Shown in pieces: positions 62,401 through 63,711 of a stretch of DNA of 63,711 nucleotides (its first letter is position 1; each line of letters opens with the position of its first letter). The notes beneath the pieces were generated by a model. The model was not told where the DNA came from and made no database searches. It was given only the letters and a program-made list of their open reading frames with translations. Both the position numbers and the translations under genes were made by a program. Source of the DNA: Oculina patagonica (lineage: Eukaryota); NCBI RefSeq assembly GCF_052425735.1, contig NC_135770.1, forward strand, positions 26,102,001 to 26,165,711. Reading direction: 5' to 3'.

Positions 62401-63695
62401 AGGCAAAATTATGACATTATGACCGCCTACTTGCGAAAGCGAAGCTATTTCACCCCCTAAAACGCTCCATCCCGGTAACCGGGCTGGAGTGACACGGTTG
62501 CAGAGATCTCGGTAAACGGGTTGCCTTCACATATGAACACGTCCACATCGAAATTTTTACAAAGAAAATAGGAGTGAGGCGAGATCTCGGTAACTGGGCC
62601 AGCCCATGCAACCGGGTTCATATGAAGAAGCCCTTAGAAGGTCTCTGAGTTGCCCTTTTATTTAATCTTTATATTATTACCTTTAAGATATTTCACAGGG
62701 AAGGTGACTCTAACACGGTTGATCAACACCAACTACCAGTGCCAGTGTATGCCAGATACGTTCGCTTCTATGCAATGAAGGTTCACAATGGGAATTGTAT
62801 GCGAGTTGAGGTGTATGGCGCAGAAAGTTAGTTGTTGTTCATTTCTTACTGTTATAATTTGAATTGCGAATCAGTCTGACTTGTGACCTTGTGACAACCA
62901 CTCAAAATTGGCTTGAACCGCCGAACCGCCAGAGTATAATAAATCTTCTATACAAGGCTTGTGCTTGTCTTTTTGCGAAGTTACGTACGGTAATTTCCAT
63001 GGAAGCTATAAATCTCGATGTTAATCTCATTAAATATTCAGAATGTCTGGAAGCTCAAGGTATGGAAAATGGCGAGATCTCTGACGAGCAAATTACTGCA
63101 TCTTCTGAATGGGATGTCGCTGAGGCCGCTATCCATGGAAGACTTCACTTTCAAGAATCGCTTTTTGTAACAGGTGGTTGGGTGGCTGCCACAAGTGATT
63201 CCAATCAATGGCTTCAAGTTGACCTGCGCAGTTTGTACACTAAAGTGACGCGTGTGGCAACCCAAGGAAGAGATGCCTTTTGGCATAGCAACTGGGTAAC
63301 TTATTACATGCTACAGTACGGTAACGACAGAGTAAACTTCCACTACTACAGGGAGATAGGACAAACAGCAAACAAGGTAACAGAGACTTTCAAATCAAAA
63401 TTATTCCGCCGTCACATTCGTGTTATATTACAGACCAAGCGAGCTTGTAACTGAAATTTAGGCTGGTAGGATAGACTGGGAGATTAAAAAATACCTCTAA
63501 CACGGTTTGAAAAATTCAATCTCTAATATTTTTTTGTTTTATTTTTGCTAATTCAGGAGTTTACTGGGAGTACAGATAAGAACACTGTCGTTTATCATGA
63601 TCTAAACCCACCAATCAGAGCGCGTTTCATTCGTTTTTTTCCACTTGGTTGGCACATCTGGATATCAATGAGGGTGGAGCTGTATGGTTGTCAAG
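59481..63695 (+). CDS. Probable polycystin-1-like gene copy C, 5' part (signal peptide + two F5/8C domains), runs off window
   Basis: Exons 59481-59507 (MEELSLSSK), 59963-60029 (KATVWLLIQGIVLITEGGLAYG), 61858-62180 + 62688-62826 (F5/8C absent from copy B), 63042-63376 + 63557-63695 (F5/8C paralogous to 33462-34269). Upstream spacer is homologous to that of copy B. The PKD core lies beyond the window and is inferred. Confidence 0.8.
61170..61420 (+). mobile_element. LINE (CR1/L2-like) 3'-end fragment
   Basis: LERYVPTRTLRSSS...GTFKRSASKALKVLPRIIR resembles the C-terminus of non-LTR RT ORFs. Confidence 0.5.
62455..62635. mobile_element. Truncated Harbinger-like MITE in copy C intron
   Basis: GAGATCTCGGTAA repeats; right end TTCATATGAAGAAGCCC|TTA. 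Confidence 0.4.
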
Positions 63696-63711
63696 GTATT
63701 TATCATCATAG

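Overview
AT-rich eukaryotic genomic DNA with GT-AG introns; the repeat landscape suggests an anthozoan, probably a stony coral (inference). The window holds a head-to-tail tandem array (~33-35 kb period) of polycystin-1-like (PKD1L/REJ family) receptor-channel genes on the + strand. Copy A (3318-17595) has its 5' exons outside the window and a frameshift at 14216-14222. Copy B (26791-52039) is complete: 19 exons, 7272 nt, 2423 aa by my manual exon sum. Its architecture is signal peptide, 2x F5/8C discoidin, 2x Ca-binding EGF, REJ, GAIN/GPS, TM1, PLAT, TM2-5, polycystin channel and coiled coil. Copy C (59481 to the window end) shows a signal peptide and an extra N-terminal F5/8C domain. A and B are near-identical from EGF to the stop codon, introns included. 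B and C differ in F5/8C number, and their substitutions cluster in the discoidin ligand-binding loops, giving a constant-core/variable-tip receptor array. A 500-N gap (21043-21542) may hide another copy. Introns and spacers are full of nested transposon relics: Kolobok/Sola3-like TTAA elements, Harbinger- and Tc1/mariner-like MITEs, Academ, Crypton-like, Penelope-like GIY-YIG remnants with hammerhead-like motifs, SINEs, and a 4-kb element carrying a 125-bp satellite. All coordinates and identities were read by eye; no database searches were run.
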